Position numbers and translations under genes: made by a program. 37,054 nt of DNA, from IMG/VR virus record IMGVR_UViG_3300033555_000014, positions 1 to 37,054 of that record; one strand, given 5' to 3'. The notes beneath the pieces are model-generated. The model saw only the letters and a program-made list of their open reading frames with translations. It was not told the origin of the DNA and ran no database searches. This DNA comes from a virus. Shown here one piece after another: positions 14,381 through 21,883 of this stretch. Within the stretch, counting starts at the first letter, position 1. Each line of letters begins with the position of its first letter.

Positions 14381-16254
14381 GTCTACTTCTATTCTTTAAC
14401 GGCACAAGCGAAGCCGCAGGTGCCATTAAGGAGCTTGCAGGTGCTTTGCTTGAAGCTGCAACTCTTGCTGGTAACCTCAGCCGTGGCCGACCTTTATTCG
14501 GAACTTTGTCTGAGAGCGAAACAATCTCTGCAGCTCTTGTGCGCGTTCGCACAATGTCAGGTTCCTTGTCTCAGACGGAAACGATTGTTGGTAACTACAA
14601 TCGCCTTCGCGCAATCATTGGCACTCTCGCTGAGGTTGAAACCCTAACTGCCACAATCGGTCGTTCGCGTCCTATTGCTGGAACTCTCGCTGAGGTAGAA
14701 ACCCTCTCGGCTGCTTTGTCTCGTGCAAAGAATATTGCTGGTTCATTTACTGAGAACGAAACCCTTGCAGGTGCTGTGCTTCGTGCTCGAGCATTAACAG
14801 GTGCTCTTGCAGAAGCCGAGGCCTTAGCTGCCAATCTACGTCGGTCGCGAAGCGTTGCTGGTTCATTGGCAGAGTTGGAAACTATTTCAGGTGCTTTGAA
14901 TCGTGCGAAAACAGTTGCTGGTAACCTGACAGAAGCAGAAACCTTGGCAGCTGTGATGTCGCGCACTCGTGCAATTGCTGCTTCGTTGGCTGAAGTTGAG
15001 ACACTGGCAGCTGCAGTGAGTCGTGCTCGTACAATTGCAGGAACTCTTTCTGAAATCGAAACACTGCTTGGTGCAATCGACAAACTGAAGGTACTTGCTG
15101 GAGCGTTGCTCCAAAGTGAAACAATTTCAGGTTCTGTAGTACGTGGCCGTGGATTGATTGCACTGCTAGCTGAAGTTCAAATTTTGTCTGGCAATACAAA
15201 CCGTGGACGGGCTGTTACTGGCTTATTGTCAGAAGTTGAAACTCTTGCTGGTGTGAATAGCCGTGTCAGAGATGTAAATGGAACGCTGGTAGAAAATGAA
15301 GCATTCACTGCATCGACTGTTCGCAATCGTCAGTTGGTGGCATTGTTGTCTGAAGTCGAGACACTTTCTGCTTCGATTGTACGAGGCAAGAACGTTCAAG
15401 GTTCCCTTACAGAAGTTGAAACTCTTGTTGCTGAGTTTAACCGTCTTCGTGTGCTTACTGCTGAGCTGAACGAAGTAACAAACGCTGCTGGTTCGTTGTC
15501 ACGACTTCGCACACTTGCTGGCGAGCTTGTTGAAATTGAAACGCTGAATGATGCTGCGCTTGTCAAAATCAAGTTGTTGGCTGGTGCTTTAATCGAGGCA
15601 TCTTTCTTGGCGGGTGACTTTACACGTAACCGAGGTTTGGCTGGGTTGTTTGTCGAAAATAGTGGGTTGAACGGTTACACTGCACGCCTGCGCGAAATTT
15701 CATCGACGATGAATGAAACATCTACAATTTCAAATGTTTCAATGTCCCGTCTTCGTAATGTAATTGGTTCGCTTAACCAGAACGAAACACTTTTGGGTCT
15801 ACTCATTAAAACGAGTGGTCTTGCTGGTGAGCTGACAGGTGTTCTTTCTCAGACAGAAGTATTGGTTGGTGCGATGCAACGTCTGCGCAACATGGCTGGT
15901 GCAATTCTAGAAACAGAAACATTCTCACCTGCTTTGTTGGAACGTGTTCGAGGTCTTGTTGGTGATTTAGAACAGTTTGAAACAATTTCTGGCACAGTAA
16001 CAGTAACCATCACCACAGTAGATGTTGGGTCATTCTCGCTCACCGCAACCTGGTACGAGTGGGTTGATGATGGGCGCACCTTTGACCAGGTAATGAAGAC
16101 TTCTACTTGGACAGTGGCTCGTCAAGGACCATTGCAGAACTTCGACATTCCTGTTGGCGAAACAGTCACGTTGACGTTCGATTTGCCAGAAACTGTGTCG
16201 TTTGAAGTGGCTACTGCATCTGTACAGGCCTTCGAAATACCTGTTGCGGCATGA
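14377..16254 (+). CDS. Tandem-repeat protein: ~26 x 20-residue repeats plus a ~95-aa C-terminal domain (625 aa)
   Basis: A 60-nt periodicity is visible in the translation. The unit consensus is (I/L/V)AG(T/S)L(A/S)E(V/A)ETL(S/A)AA(L/V)SR(A/T)R(T/A), for example IAGTLAEVETLSAALSRAKN, VAGSLAELETISGALNRAKT and IAASLAEVETLAAAVSRART. Confidence 0.75.
   Translation: MSLLLFFNGTSEAAGAIKELAGALLEAATLAGNLSRGRPLFGTLSESETISAALVRVRTMSGSLSQTETIVGNYNRLRAIIGTLAEVETLTATIGRSRPIAGTLAEVETLSAALSRAKNIAGSFTENETLAGAVLRARALTGALAEAEALAANLRRSRSVAGSLAELETISGALNRAKTVAGNLTEAETLAAVMSRTRAIAASLAEVETLAAAVSRARTIAGTLSEIETLLGAIDKLKVLAGALLQSETISGSVVRGRGLIALLAEVQILSGNTNRGRAVTGLLSEVETLAGVNSRVRDVNGTLVENEAFTASTVRNRQLVALLSEVETLSASIVRGKNVQGSLTEVETLVAEFNRLRVLTAELNEVTNAAGSLSRLRTLAGELVEIETLNDAALVKIKLLAGALIEASFLAGDFTRNRGLAGLFVENSGLNGYTARLREISSTMNETSTISNVSMSRLRNVIGSLNQNETLLGLLIKTSGLAGELTGVLSQTEVLVGAMQRLRNMAGAILETETFSPALLERVRGLVGDLEQFETISGTVTVTITTVDVGSFSLTATWYEWVDDGRTFDQVMKTSTWTVARQGPLQNFDIPVGETVTLTFDLPETVSFEVATASVQAFEIPVAA
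14434..15996 (+). repeat. Coding tandem repeat array, 60-bp period, diverged at DNA level
   Basis: Units are counted from residue 20 to about residue 540 of the 625-aa protein. An artefactual antisense ORF (14595..15083) is a by-product of the periodicity. Confidence 0.75.
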
Positions 16255-16297
16255 AAGCCACTAAATAAACCTTAACAGACGAGCATAGGAGTTTAAT

Positions 16298-16846
16298 ATG
16301 CCTAATACTAACCACAATAACAGAGGTACTGACAATGATGGGCCGGGACGTAGAGCTTATGACAGCTCTACGATTATTCAACCTGTCATCATTAATCAGC
16401 ACTCAGGGGATGACAAAATGGCTGAAACTAGCGAACGCGTAGCAGTTGTAGAAACGATTGCCAAGCGCAACGAGCAAAGCATTGAGCGTCTCATAGAAGA
16501 GAACTCAACGATGAAAGCAAACAACGCAAGTCTTTTTGCCGAGGTAAATCAAGGATTGATGCTGTTGAAGCAGACTGTTGAAGTTCAATGCCGAACACAG
16601 GAGGCAATTGCTGGTCGTGTAGACAGCGTTGTTACTCGGGTGGGAGCCCTAGAAGTTGGGCTTGCCCATCACAAGAACGAGGTGGACAAGGGCCACCAGG
16701 TATTGCATGTAAAGATTGATGGTGTAGATTCCAGCTGGCGCGGAGAGAAAGCTCGTCTCCTTGCCTGGGCCGGTGGTATTACATTCGTCATCTCAGGACT
16801 TTGGACAGTTTTCGGTGGTACTGTGAAGACGTTCCTCGGCCAATAA
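16298..16846 (+). CDS. Coiled-coil protein with a C-terminal transmembrane anchor (182 aa; XhlA-like architecture)
   Basis: SD aggagtttaatATG. The central region is a heptad-like helix, and the C-terminus is hydrophobic (LLAWAGGITFVISGLWTVFGGTV). This is the last gene of the rightward unit. Confidence 0.5.
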   Translation: MPNTNHNNRGTDNDGPGRRAYDSSTIIQPVIINQHSGDDKMAETSERVAVVETIAKRNEQSIERLIEENSTMKANNASLFAEVNQGLMLLKQTVEVQCRTQEAIAGRVDSVVTRVGALEVGLAHHKNEVDKGHQVLHVKIDGVDSSWRGEKARLLAWAGGITFVISGLWTVFGGTVKTFLGQ

Positions 16847-16865
16847 GTTTATTTCTGAAGCACGA

Positions 16866-16905
16866 CGCGACTCTGTCGCAAGCTCGGAGTTTTCACTCCT
16901 TTTAC
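16866..16905. terminator. Convergent-transcription terminator region (two hairpins)
   Basis: The hairpins are gcgac-tct-gtcgc (16866-16878) and ggagt-tttc-actcc (16886-16899), followed by tttta. They lie between the ends of the + gene 16298..16846 and the - gene 16902..17090. Confidence 0.55.
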
Positions 16906-17090
16906 TTTGTCTTCGAGTGCTCTGCTTCAGTATTTTTATTCTCTTGTGTTGGTACTACAAAAATTATTACCGCTGACAAGAACATGTAGGCAACCAGTGA
17001 AAATGATGCGTAGCTCTCGTTAATAAACCACGAGCAGATTGTAATCATCATCAGGGCGGTTGTCATCCAGTATTTGTGTTGCAGGGTCAT
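16902..17090 (-). CDS. Small membrane protein, two predicted TM segments (62 aa)
   Basis: SD aaaggagtaacaccATG. The hydrophobic stretches are WMTTALMMITICSWFI and FSLVAYMFLSAVIIFVV. Confidence 0.6.
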   Translation of the reverse strand: MTLQHKYWMTTALMMITICSWFINESYASFSLVAYMFLSAVIIFVVPTQENKNTEAEHSKTK

Positions 17091-17134
17091 GGTGTTACTC
17101 CTTTAAGGGTTAATGTTGTTCTCTTAGTGGAACA

Positions 17135-17272
17135 TTATAATTCGTTTGCTACATCCATCAGACGGTTAATTGTCTCCAGGATGAGCTTGTCTAACTTCTT
17201 CAGTTTCTCTTCTTGTCCGCCCATTTCAATGAGCAGAATTCTTGCAGTTCGTAATTGGCTGATGAGATTCAC
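17135..17272 (-). CDS. Possible micro-ORF (45 aa from GTG with a GTGA overlap, or 29 aa from ATG 17224)
   Basis: It is not in the track (<60 aa) and fills the gap between two leftward genes. The predicted peptide is helical: ...MGGQEEKLKKLDKLILETINRLMDVANEL. Confidence 0.3.
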   Translation of the reverse strand: MNLISQLRTARILLIEMGGQEEKLKKLDKLILETINRLMDVANEL

Positions 17273-17751
17273 AGAATACCCTTCATGTAAGTTTTAGCAT
17301 CCTTCTCATTACCCTCAGCAAACAACTCGAGGATTTGAAGGGTGTCATTATTGAAAGCATCTTGGCTTTCGTTCTTGTCAAACCAGTTCTGCAGGTTCTT
17401 TGCGAACGCATAGGTAAACTGAAGCTTGTCCCAATTAGTGTCAATTGTCTTTAGCGTTTCCCAATATTGTTCATTCGCATACTGCATTTCTTCAACGTCG
17501 TAGTGGGAAGCAAGAATTCCGAGGATTTCGTAGTCAGTATTCGTCTTGCATCCTGGTACCCACTTGTTGCGGGTGAGCACCGCGAAACAATTACCCTGCA
17601 TTTGCTTCTTGAACTTCTTCCATTTCGGCTTTGAAATCTGTGATTCGTCATTCATCTTACGTGCATACTTGAACCGAGTTCTGTCGTTCGACATCCAGAC
17701 GAAACTCAGTGAGATGTTGCCCATGTCTTTTAGTACCTTAGTTTGTTCCAT
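17269..17751 (-). CDS. Hypothetical early protein (160 aa)
   Basis: SD aaggagtcacacATG. It is preceded by the promoter-like 13-mer at 17795-17807. I recognise no family. Confidence 0.6.
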   Translation of the reverse strand: MEQTKVLKDMGNISLSFVWMSNDRTRFKYARKMNDESQISKPKWKKFKKQMQGNCFAVLTRNKWVPGCKTNTDYEILGILASHYDVEEMQYANEQYWETLKTIDTNWDKLQFTYAFAKNLQNWFDKNESQDAFNNDTLQILELFAEGNEKDAKTYMKGIL

Positions 17752-17794
17752 GTGTGACTCCTTAGTTGGTGTGTTGTTCTCTTTGCTTCATTCT

Positions 17795-17807
17795 TATTTA
17801 TATAGAA
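17795..17807 (-). promoter_or_regulatory. Promoter-like 13-mer TTCTATATAAATA (copy 1)
   Basis: The identical 13-mer recurs at 19258-19270. Both copies lie 35-45 nt upstream of a leftward start codon, in intergenic DNA, and contain a TATAAA -10-like core. Confidence 0.45.
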
Positions 17808-17829
17808 TGGGAGAAAACACACCAACTTT

Positions 17830-18411
17830 TTAGTCATCTTCGCACTCAACGTCAAAAAGAGTTTGACCAAATTCCCAGTTGTCAATTGGAATGTCGCTCT
17901 CCCATGGACGTCGCATAATATGTTCGTCAGGGTACTCTAGACCGAATGCTTCCATAACCACGCTGTTAAACATAGCATCGGCAGCGCGTTCACAATCTCG
18001 CATCCAATGTTCACGAGTCTCGTGCATGTTGACTAATTCCTCAGCAAATTCCGAGGAAAAATCGGTTATTTTTTCCGGGTCACATTCTTCGAGCAGTTTG
18101 TTGTAGGTTAATAAAAAGGCAGAATTAAAGGCGCGAGCTTCCCGTTGATTGAGGAAGCTGCAGAGGTGCTGGGCTGGTTTAAAGCCCATACCGGAAGAAG
18201 TGTTTGTGCTGTAAGCGTGTACTAGGAAAGCGTGGGTTGTGCCAGGTTCTAGATGGTCTTTGAACTCCTTCCAACGCTCCATTTTGAACTCAATTCGTTC
18301 CAATGGTTTATTAAGGAAGCAGAAGGCAGGAGTAGCGTGATGCGTAACCGTAATGAATATAAGCGAATAACACATGTCGCCGTATTTTACGTTTCGTAGA
18401 GTTTGGCTCAT
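17830..18411 (-). CDS. Hypothetical early protein with an acidic C-terminus (193 aa)
   Basis: ATG at 18411 forms an ATGA overlap with the upstream stop; the track start at 18426 is a TTG. The protein ends ...DNWEFGQTLFDVECEDD. Confidence 0.6.
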   Translation of the reverse strand: MSQTLRNVKYGDMCYSLIFITVTHHATPAFCFLNKPLERIEFKMERWKEFKDHLEPGTTHAFLVHAYSTNTSSGMGFKPAQHLCSFLNQREARAFNSAFLLTYNKLLEECDPEKITDFSSEFAEELVNMHETREHWMRDCERAADAMFNSVVMEAFGLEYPDEHIMRRPWESDIPIDNWEFGQTLFDVECEDD

Positions 18412-18857
18412 ACAAGTTTCGACCAAGAAATACGTGGAGCTTCGCCACGTTCGAGTTGCTTCAGGTTCAGCATGTGCTTTGCGCTGCGAGTAGCTGGGTC
18501 AACAACACGACCTGGTGGTTGGCCATTGACTGTCCTCCGAAGATGTTTACCTTTGAATTTACCGTGAACACTATTCAGAAGTCGACCAGAAGGAAGGAGG
18601 TGCTCGAAGGTTACGACCCGTGTTTTGATTGCCAGTTCTCGGTCATATGTGTCAGTGATGACTGTTGCAATTGGTACGTTTTTCAGTGTCCTGAGCCACT
18701 GAGAAAGCAGCGAATTGTAACCGTTTGCATATTCATGACCGCGTGAAATGGACATGATGTCTGACAGACGTTTCGGAATTGTTTGAGTTGTGAACCCAAC
18801 ATAGCGAATGTCGTTGATGTCGTCTGGGTTCGAGAGTGTGAATACTGTGTAAATCAT
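18408..18857 (-). CDS. GIY-YIG domain protein (free-standing homing-endonuclease-like, 149 aa)
   Basis: ATG at 18857 forms a TAATG overlap with the upstream gene. The N-terminus MIYTVFTLSNPDDINDIRYVGFTTQTIPKRLSDIMS...NSLLSQWL...RELAIKT...LLN follows the GIY / YVG / R / E / N order. Confidence 0.6.
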   Translation of the reverse strand: MIYTVFTLSNPDDINDIRYVGFTTQTIPKRLSDIMSISRGHEYANGYNSLLSQWLRTLKNVPIATVITDTYDRELAIKTRVVTFEHLLPSGRLLNSVHGKFKGKHLRRTVNGQPPGRVVDPATRSAKHMLNLKQLERGEAPRISWSKLV

Positions 18858-19105
18858 TATTTTAATCCTTTTGTTGTGAGGTGCCATTTTTTGCAGTGTG
18901 GGCATTTGTATGTGCGCCATTGCCCGTCAGGGTTACCGCGTGGGCTTTCAAGTTTGTTAGCAGCGGCCATTGCTTCTTTCTCATGACCCCATGCTCCTGT
19001 CTTCTTCAGACATGCGCTGACTTCTTGTTGGTCCTCTGATGAGAACATTGTCTTACCTGGATGAGACCAGGCTGTGTGTTGCTTGTTTCGTACCGACTTG
19101 CCCAT
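18857..19105 (-). CDS. Small Cys/His-containing protein (82 aa), possible zinc-ribbon tail YKCPHCKKWHLT
   Basis: The internal ATG at 19105 is preceded by the SD gaaggagtagcataATG; the track ORF extends to 19285 without support. Confidence 0.5.
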   Translation of the reverse strand: MGKSVRNKQHTAWSHPGKTMFSSEDQQEVSACLKKTGAWGHEKEAMAAANKLESPRGNPDGQWRTYKCPHCKKWHLTTKGLK

Positions 19106-19221
19106 TATGCTACTCCTTCTTTCTTTGTGAATTTTGCCTTGATTTTGTCGACGTAGTACAAAGCACAGATGATGCTGATGCCGCCAACCTTGATGTAAGT
19201 CCAAATTTCTACGATGTCCAT
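19105..19221 (-). CDS. Micro-ORF, single-pass membrane peptide (38 aa)
   Basis: It is not in the track. Its SD is aagggaaatacaATG and it forms a TAATG overlap with the next gene. The peptide is MDIVEIWTYIKVGGISIICALYYVDKIKAKFTKKEGVA. Confidence 0.45.
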   Translation of the reverse strand: MDIVEIWTYIKVGGISIICALYYVDKIKAKFTKKEGVA

Positions 19222-19257
19222 TGTATTTCCCTTTGTATATGTTTCTGAGTCTGCATC

Positions 19258-19270
19258 TATTTATATAGAA
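19258..19270 (-). promoter_or_regulatory. Promoter-like 13-mer TTCTATATAAATA (copy 2)
   Basis: It is identical to 17795-17807. It sits just downstream (leftward) of the terminator at 19300-19341 and 37 nt upstream of the ATG at 19221. Confidence 0.45.
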
Positions 19271-19299
19271 ATCCCATAATACCATATTTATTGAACGCG

Positions 19300-19341
19300 C
19301 AAAAAGAAAGCACAGGTCGAACTTAATCGAGCCTGTGCTTT
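19300..19341 (-). terminator. Intrinsic terminator of the first leftward transcription unit
   Basis: aaagcacagg (19307-19316) pairs with cctgtgcttt (19332-19341). On the - strand the stem is followed by ctttttg. Confidence 0.65.
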
Positions 19342-19369
19342 AAACTAACCCTTAGGAGGGGTGTACTAT

Positions 19370-19588
19370 TTACAGTGGTTTACCTGGTGCAGGATTTGGT
19401 GTCTGCACGTACTCATCTGGCGGAAGCGGAATCCGGTCATTATGAATACCAGGTACTTCTTCAGGTGCACCTGCTGGTAGACGAGGCGCAGGAATTACTG
19501 GGTCAACATCCGGCTTGGCAGGTTGAGTAGGGTATTTCGTCTCGGACGGAAGTTGCCCGTCACGTACGATTTTGTCCTTGTCAGTCAT
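19370..19588 (-). CDS. Proline-rich small protein (72 aa)
   Basis: The ORF starts 2 nt after the upstream stop. The protein is 24 percent Pro (PTQPAKPDVDPVIPAPRLPAGAPEEVPG...). I recognise no family. Confidence 0.5.
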   Translation of the reverse strand: MTDKDKIVRDGQLPSETKYPTQPAKPDVDPVIPAPRLPAGAPEEVPGIHNDRIPLPPDEYVQTPNPAPGKPL

Positions 19589-19590
19589 GA

Positions 19591-20244
19591 TTAAGCCTTG
19601 TTAGGCAATTCAGGAACAGCAGGAGTGGATGTGTCAGCACGTTCTTGGTCCTTGTAATGCGGAACCTGTGCACCGTCAGTCGTTGCGTATTCAGCCTTCT
19701 TGACAGCTTCTGGTACACCACCTTTAGGGGTGTTGAAGTATGTCTGAACAACTTCAAGGTTCATGTCGAAGTTCTTGCCGTAGTTTGCAGGTGACCAAGC
19801 CATGTAGCGGTCATGCTCGCTCATAACACTAGCATCAGAATACAGATGGTCAGCAAAACCTTGACCGCGCACAAAAGCACGAGCGTTCGTAAGTCGCTTG
19901 TTGTGGTCCAAACCTTCAGGCGAGTTGTCAGGCTGTGCCATTGGTTCAACTGGTTCCGACAACGAAGCATAACGCTTCTTGCCAGTGTCAGTTGTTTCGA
20001 GCAAGCTTGCTGTGTCAGCGCCGAGAGCTTCTGTGCTTTCACCCAGAATACCCTTGTTTGTTTTTGGGTCAGCATTCACGGTGCTTTCTGTTGTTTGGTC
20101 TACGGTTGGTGCGTCTGTCTTAACGATTTCAATACCGTCCGCAGAGAAAACGCTGTTGTCAACTGAAGTGTCAGAAGCCGGAACTGGGCCGGAGTACGCG
20201 TTTGTTGCTTGGGTTGCCTTGTCAGGCGAGGTTGATTTTGTCAT
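19591..20244 (-). CDS. Hypothetical early protein with a disordered N-terminal half (217 aa)
   Basis: ATG at 20244 is preceded by the SD aaggagaactactaATG; the track start at 20268 lacks an SD. Confidence 0.55.
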   Translation of the reverse strand: MTKSTSPDKATQATNAYSGPVPASDTSVDNSVFSADGIEIVKTDAPTVDQTTESTVNADPKTNKGILGESTEALGADTASLLETTDTGKKRYASLSEPVEPMAQPDNSPEGLDHNKRLTNARAFVRGQGFADHLYSDASVMSEHDRYMAWSPANYGKNFDMNLEVVQTYFNTPKGGVPEAVKKAEYATTDGAQVPHYKDQERADTSTPAVPELPNKA

Positions 20245-20308
20245 TAGTAGTTCTCCTTGAATATTCATTGGAATGAGGTATTAGGCTCACTCCTTCTATT
20301 TAGTTGCT

Positions 20309-20431
20309 TCAGTCGAGTTGTAGGGTAGAAATTAATTGAGCTTTGATTTCATCCAGGCGGTCGGTCATGACCTGCCAAGCTTGTTCTTCTTCCTCGGTTA
20401 CTTCAACTGGTGTTGGTTGGTCTTCGTTCAT
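20309..20431 (-). CDS. Micro-ORF, acidic 40-aa peptide
   Basis: It is not in the track. ATG at 20431 lies 3 nt after the upstream stop, with SD aaggaataaatcATG. The peptide is MNEDQPTPVEVTEEEEQAWQVMTDRLDEIKAQLISTLQLD. Confidence 0.4.
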   Translation of the reverse strand: MNEDQPTPVEVTEEEEQAWQVMTDRLDEIKAQLISTLQLD

Positions 20432-20434
20432 GAT

Positions 20435-20818
20435 TTATTCCTTAATGGTTGGTGCTGCGCGAAGGACCATTTGGGCAAACGCTATGAGTGCTGGGTCGAT
20501 TATTTCGGTATGGGTCATAATTTGTTTGTTCGAGTTCTGGTCAGTTGCAAGGCGAGTAAACAGTTGTGGAACATTCTTGCAGTAGTAGATTGGTGGCATT
20601 GTGTTGTATTCGGTCATTTTGACTCCTTTTGCGTGAGCGAGAGCTTCGGTGAGGGTAATTGGATTCTCGAAGATGGTGCCTGCATGTTTTGGCGGGTAAA
20701 TCGTACCAATGTGATTACCACCAGTAGGTGCGTCGAACAATTCAATCGACACAATTTTGCTGCAAAACTGGCCATCTACTGGAGGTAATGTAATTTCTTG
20801 GTTGTTGAATTCAGTCAT
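20435..20818 (-). CDS. Hypothetical early protein (127 aa)
   Basis: Its SD, aaaggagtaacaccATGac, shares a 19-nt initiation region with gene 16902..17090. Confidence 0.6.
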   Translation of the reverse strand: MTEFNNQEITLPPVDGQFCSKIVSIELFDAPTGGNHIGTIYPPKHAGTIFENPITLTEALAHAKGVKMTEYNTMPPIYYCKNVPQLFTRLATDQNSNKQIMTHTEIIDPALIAFAQMVLRAAPTIKE

Positions 20819-20838
20819 GGTGTTACTCCTTTTAGTTT

Positions 20839-20879
20839 GGGTCAGCAGCTGTCAAGCAACACGAATGTTTTGCTGACCC
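20839..20879 (-). other. Intercistronic stem-loop immediately 5' of the 20818 ribosome-binding site
   Basis: gggtcagca (20839-20847) pairs with tgctgaccc (20871-20879) around a 23-nt loop. There is no T-run on either strand. Confidence 0.35.
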
Positions 20880-20887
20880 TAATTCTT

Positions 20888-21169
20888 TTAGTTTTGTGAT
20901 GCGATGGTGATTACTTCTTGGATGACAGCATACACCTTTGTGTATTTCGGCTGAGAGAGGTAGTCGTGCTGTGTTGCAACAGACAAAATGATGTAACCGT
21001 CTTCGGATTTCTCAACCATGTCATTGAGAGCGCGTAACACATTTGGGTGCAGCAATTCGTGGGCTATTGGTGCCCAGTGTTTAATATGTTTATAGCGTTG
21101 CTCACCCTGGACTTTCTTTGTTGGTACTTCTACCCAGGTTTCGATGGAGACTGTTCCGAGACGTTTCAT
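20888..21169 (-). CDS. Hypothetical early protein (93 aa)
   Basis: SD aaggaataacatcATG. I recognise no family. Confidence 0.6.
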   Translation of the reverse strand: MKRLGTVSIETWVEVPTKKVQGEQRYKHIKHWAPIAHELLHPNVLRALNDMVEKSEDGYIILSVATQHDYLSQPKYTKVYAVIQEVITIASQN

Positions 21170-21180
21170 GATGTTATTCC

Positions 21181-21444
21181 TTAAAGCGCGGCAATAATGT
21201 GTGTCATAATTGTGCGGGCGCGCTTGACGTCTCCGTTGTCAATTATTGTAACAAGGTCAGCAAGATGACCCTTAACACCAATTTTAGTGTTCAGGTGGTT
21301 CTGTCCTTCTTCTGCCAGTGCAACCTTGTAGATTTCGATGAGGTCAGTTTTGTCTTGCAACTCTTGGCGAAGTGCGTTGATGGTAAAATCTTTGATGCCT
21401 TCGCTGAGTGGCTTTGCTGACTTGTTAGATTTGATGATGGTCAT
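21181..21444 (-). CDS. Hypothetical early protein (87 aa)
   Basis: SD aaaaggaaaacatcaATG. The predicted protein is helical. Confidence 0.6.
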   Translation of the reverse strand: MTIIKSNKSAKPLSEGIKDFTINALRQELQDKTDLIEIYKVALAEEGQNHLNTKIGVKGHLADLVTIIDNGDVKRARTIMTHIIAAL

Positions 21445-21457
21445 TGATGTTTTCCTT

Positions 21458-21637
21458 TTAGATTGCGTTTTTGAGTTCTGCTTCAGCTTTTGCCATTACT
21501 TGGCGACCAAGGTGGCGGGTCAAGCTGTTTGCGTTTTGGTGGTAACCACCTGTAATGAGACCTCGCTGGATTGCTTCAGCGGTAAGTGCTGCGTACAATG
21601 CTGCGAGTTCAAGGTTTGTCATTTGCTGAGTATTCAT
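21458..21637 (-). CDS. Small helical protein (59 aa), first gene after the 21.7-kb site cluster
   Basis: It is not in the track, being one residue below the cut-off. I translated it by hand: MNTQQMTNLELAALYAALTAEAIQRGLITGGYHQNANSLTRHLGRQVMAKAEAELKNAI*. A ggag lies 11 nt upstream. Confidence 0.5.
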   Translation of the reverse strand: MNTQQMTNLELAALYAALTAEAIQRGLITGGYHQNANSLTRHLGRQVMAKAEAELKNAI

Positions 21638-21689
21638 ATGGGCATGCTCCGTTTCGTTGTGTTGTTATATTATATATAGACTTTACCAT

Positions 21690-21695
21690 ATTATA
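21690..21695 (-). promoter_or_regulatory. Perfect TATAAT -10 hexamer on the - strand, inside the AT-rich tract 21661-21700
   Basis: The - strand reads ctcgTATAATatggtaaagtctatatataatataac, 53 nt upstream of the ATG at 21637. No good -35 element is present. Confidence 0.35.
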
Positions 21696-21724
21696 CGAGA
21701 ACTTTGGGGATGTTTTCGGCGTTG

Positions 21725-21883
21725 AACTTGATTAATTTCCAGTGGTGCCCCTAAGTCCTTGATTCTTAAGGGAAAACAACTTGATTAATTTCTGCATGGG
21801 CCTCAATTTTGATTAATTACAAGTCGACTTTTAAGTTCCTTTAAAATCAAGGACTTAGACTTGATTAAATAAAGTCGACTTTT
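21725..21883. repeat. Site cluster 1: repeated ACTTGATTAA(T/A) boxes, AAGTCGACTTT boxes and a 14-bp inverted repeat
   Basis: The 15-mer aacttgattaatttc occurs at 21725 and 21778 (53 bp apart). ttgattaa also occurs at 21809 and 21861. aagtcgacttt occurs at 21821 and 21872. ctaagtccttgatt (21751-21764) is the inverted partner of aatcaaggacttag (21845-21858). Confidence 0.8.

Noticed and set aside
14595-15083. A 162-aa antisense ORF within the repeat gene
   Set aside because: It is a by-product of the 60-bp periodicity. The sense frame has the conserved repeat consensus, translational coupling (ATGA) and a non-repeat C-terminal domain.
20336-20788. A 150-aa + strand ORF in the early arm, and + strand ORFs at 17076..17297, 17546..17833, 18456..18746, 19813..20166 and 21338..21679
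   Set aside because: They are antisense to SD-preceded, tightly coupled leftward genes. They are Cys/Trp/Phe-rich with no SD.
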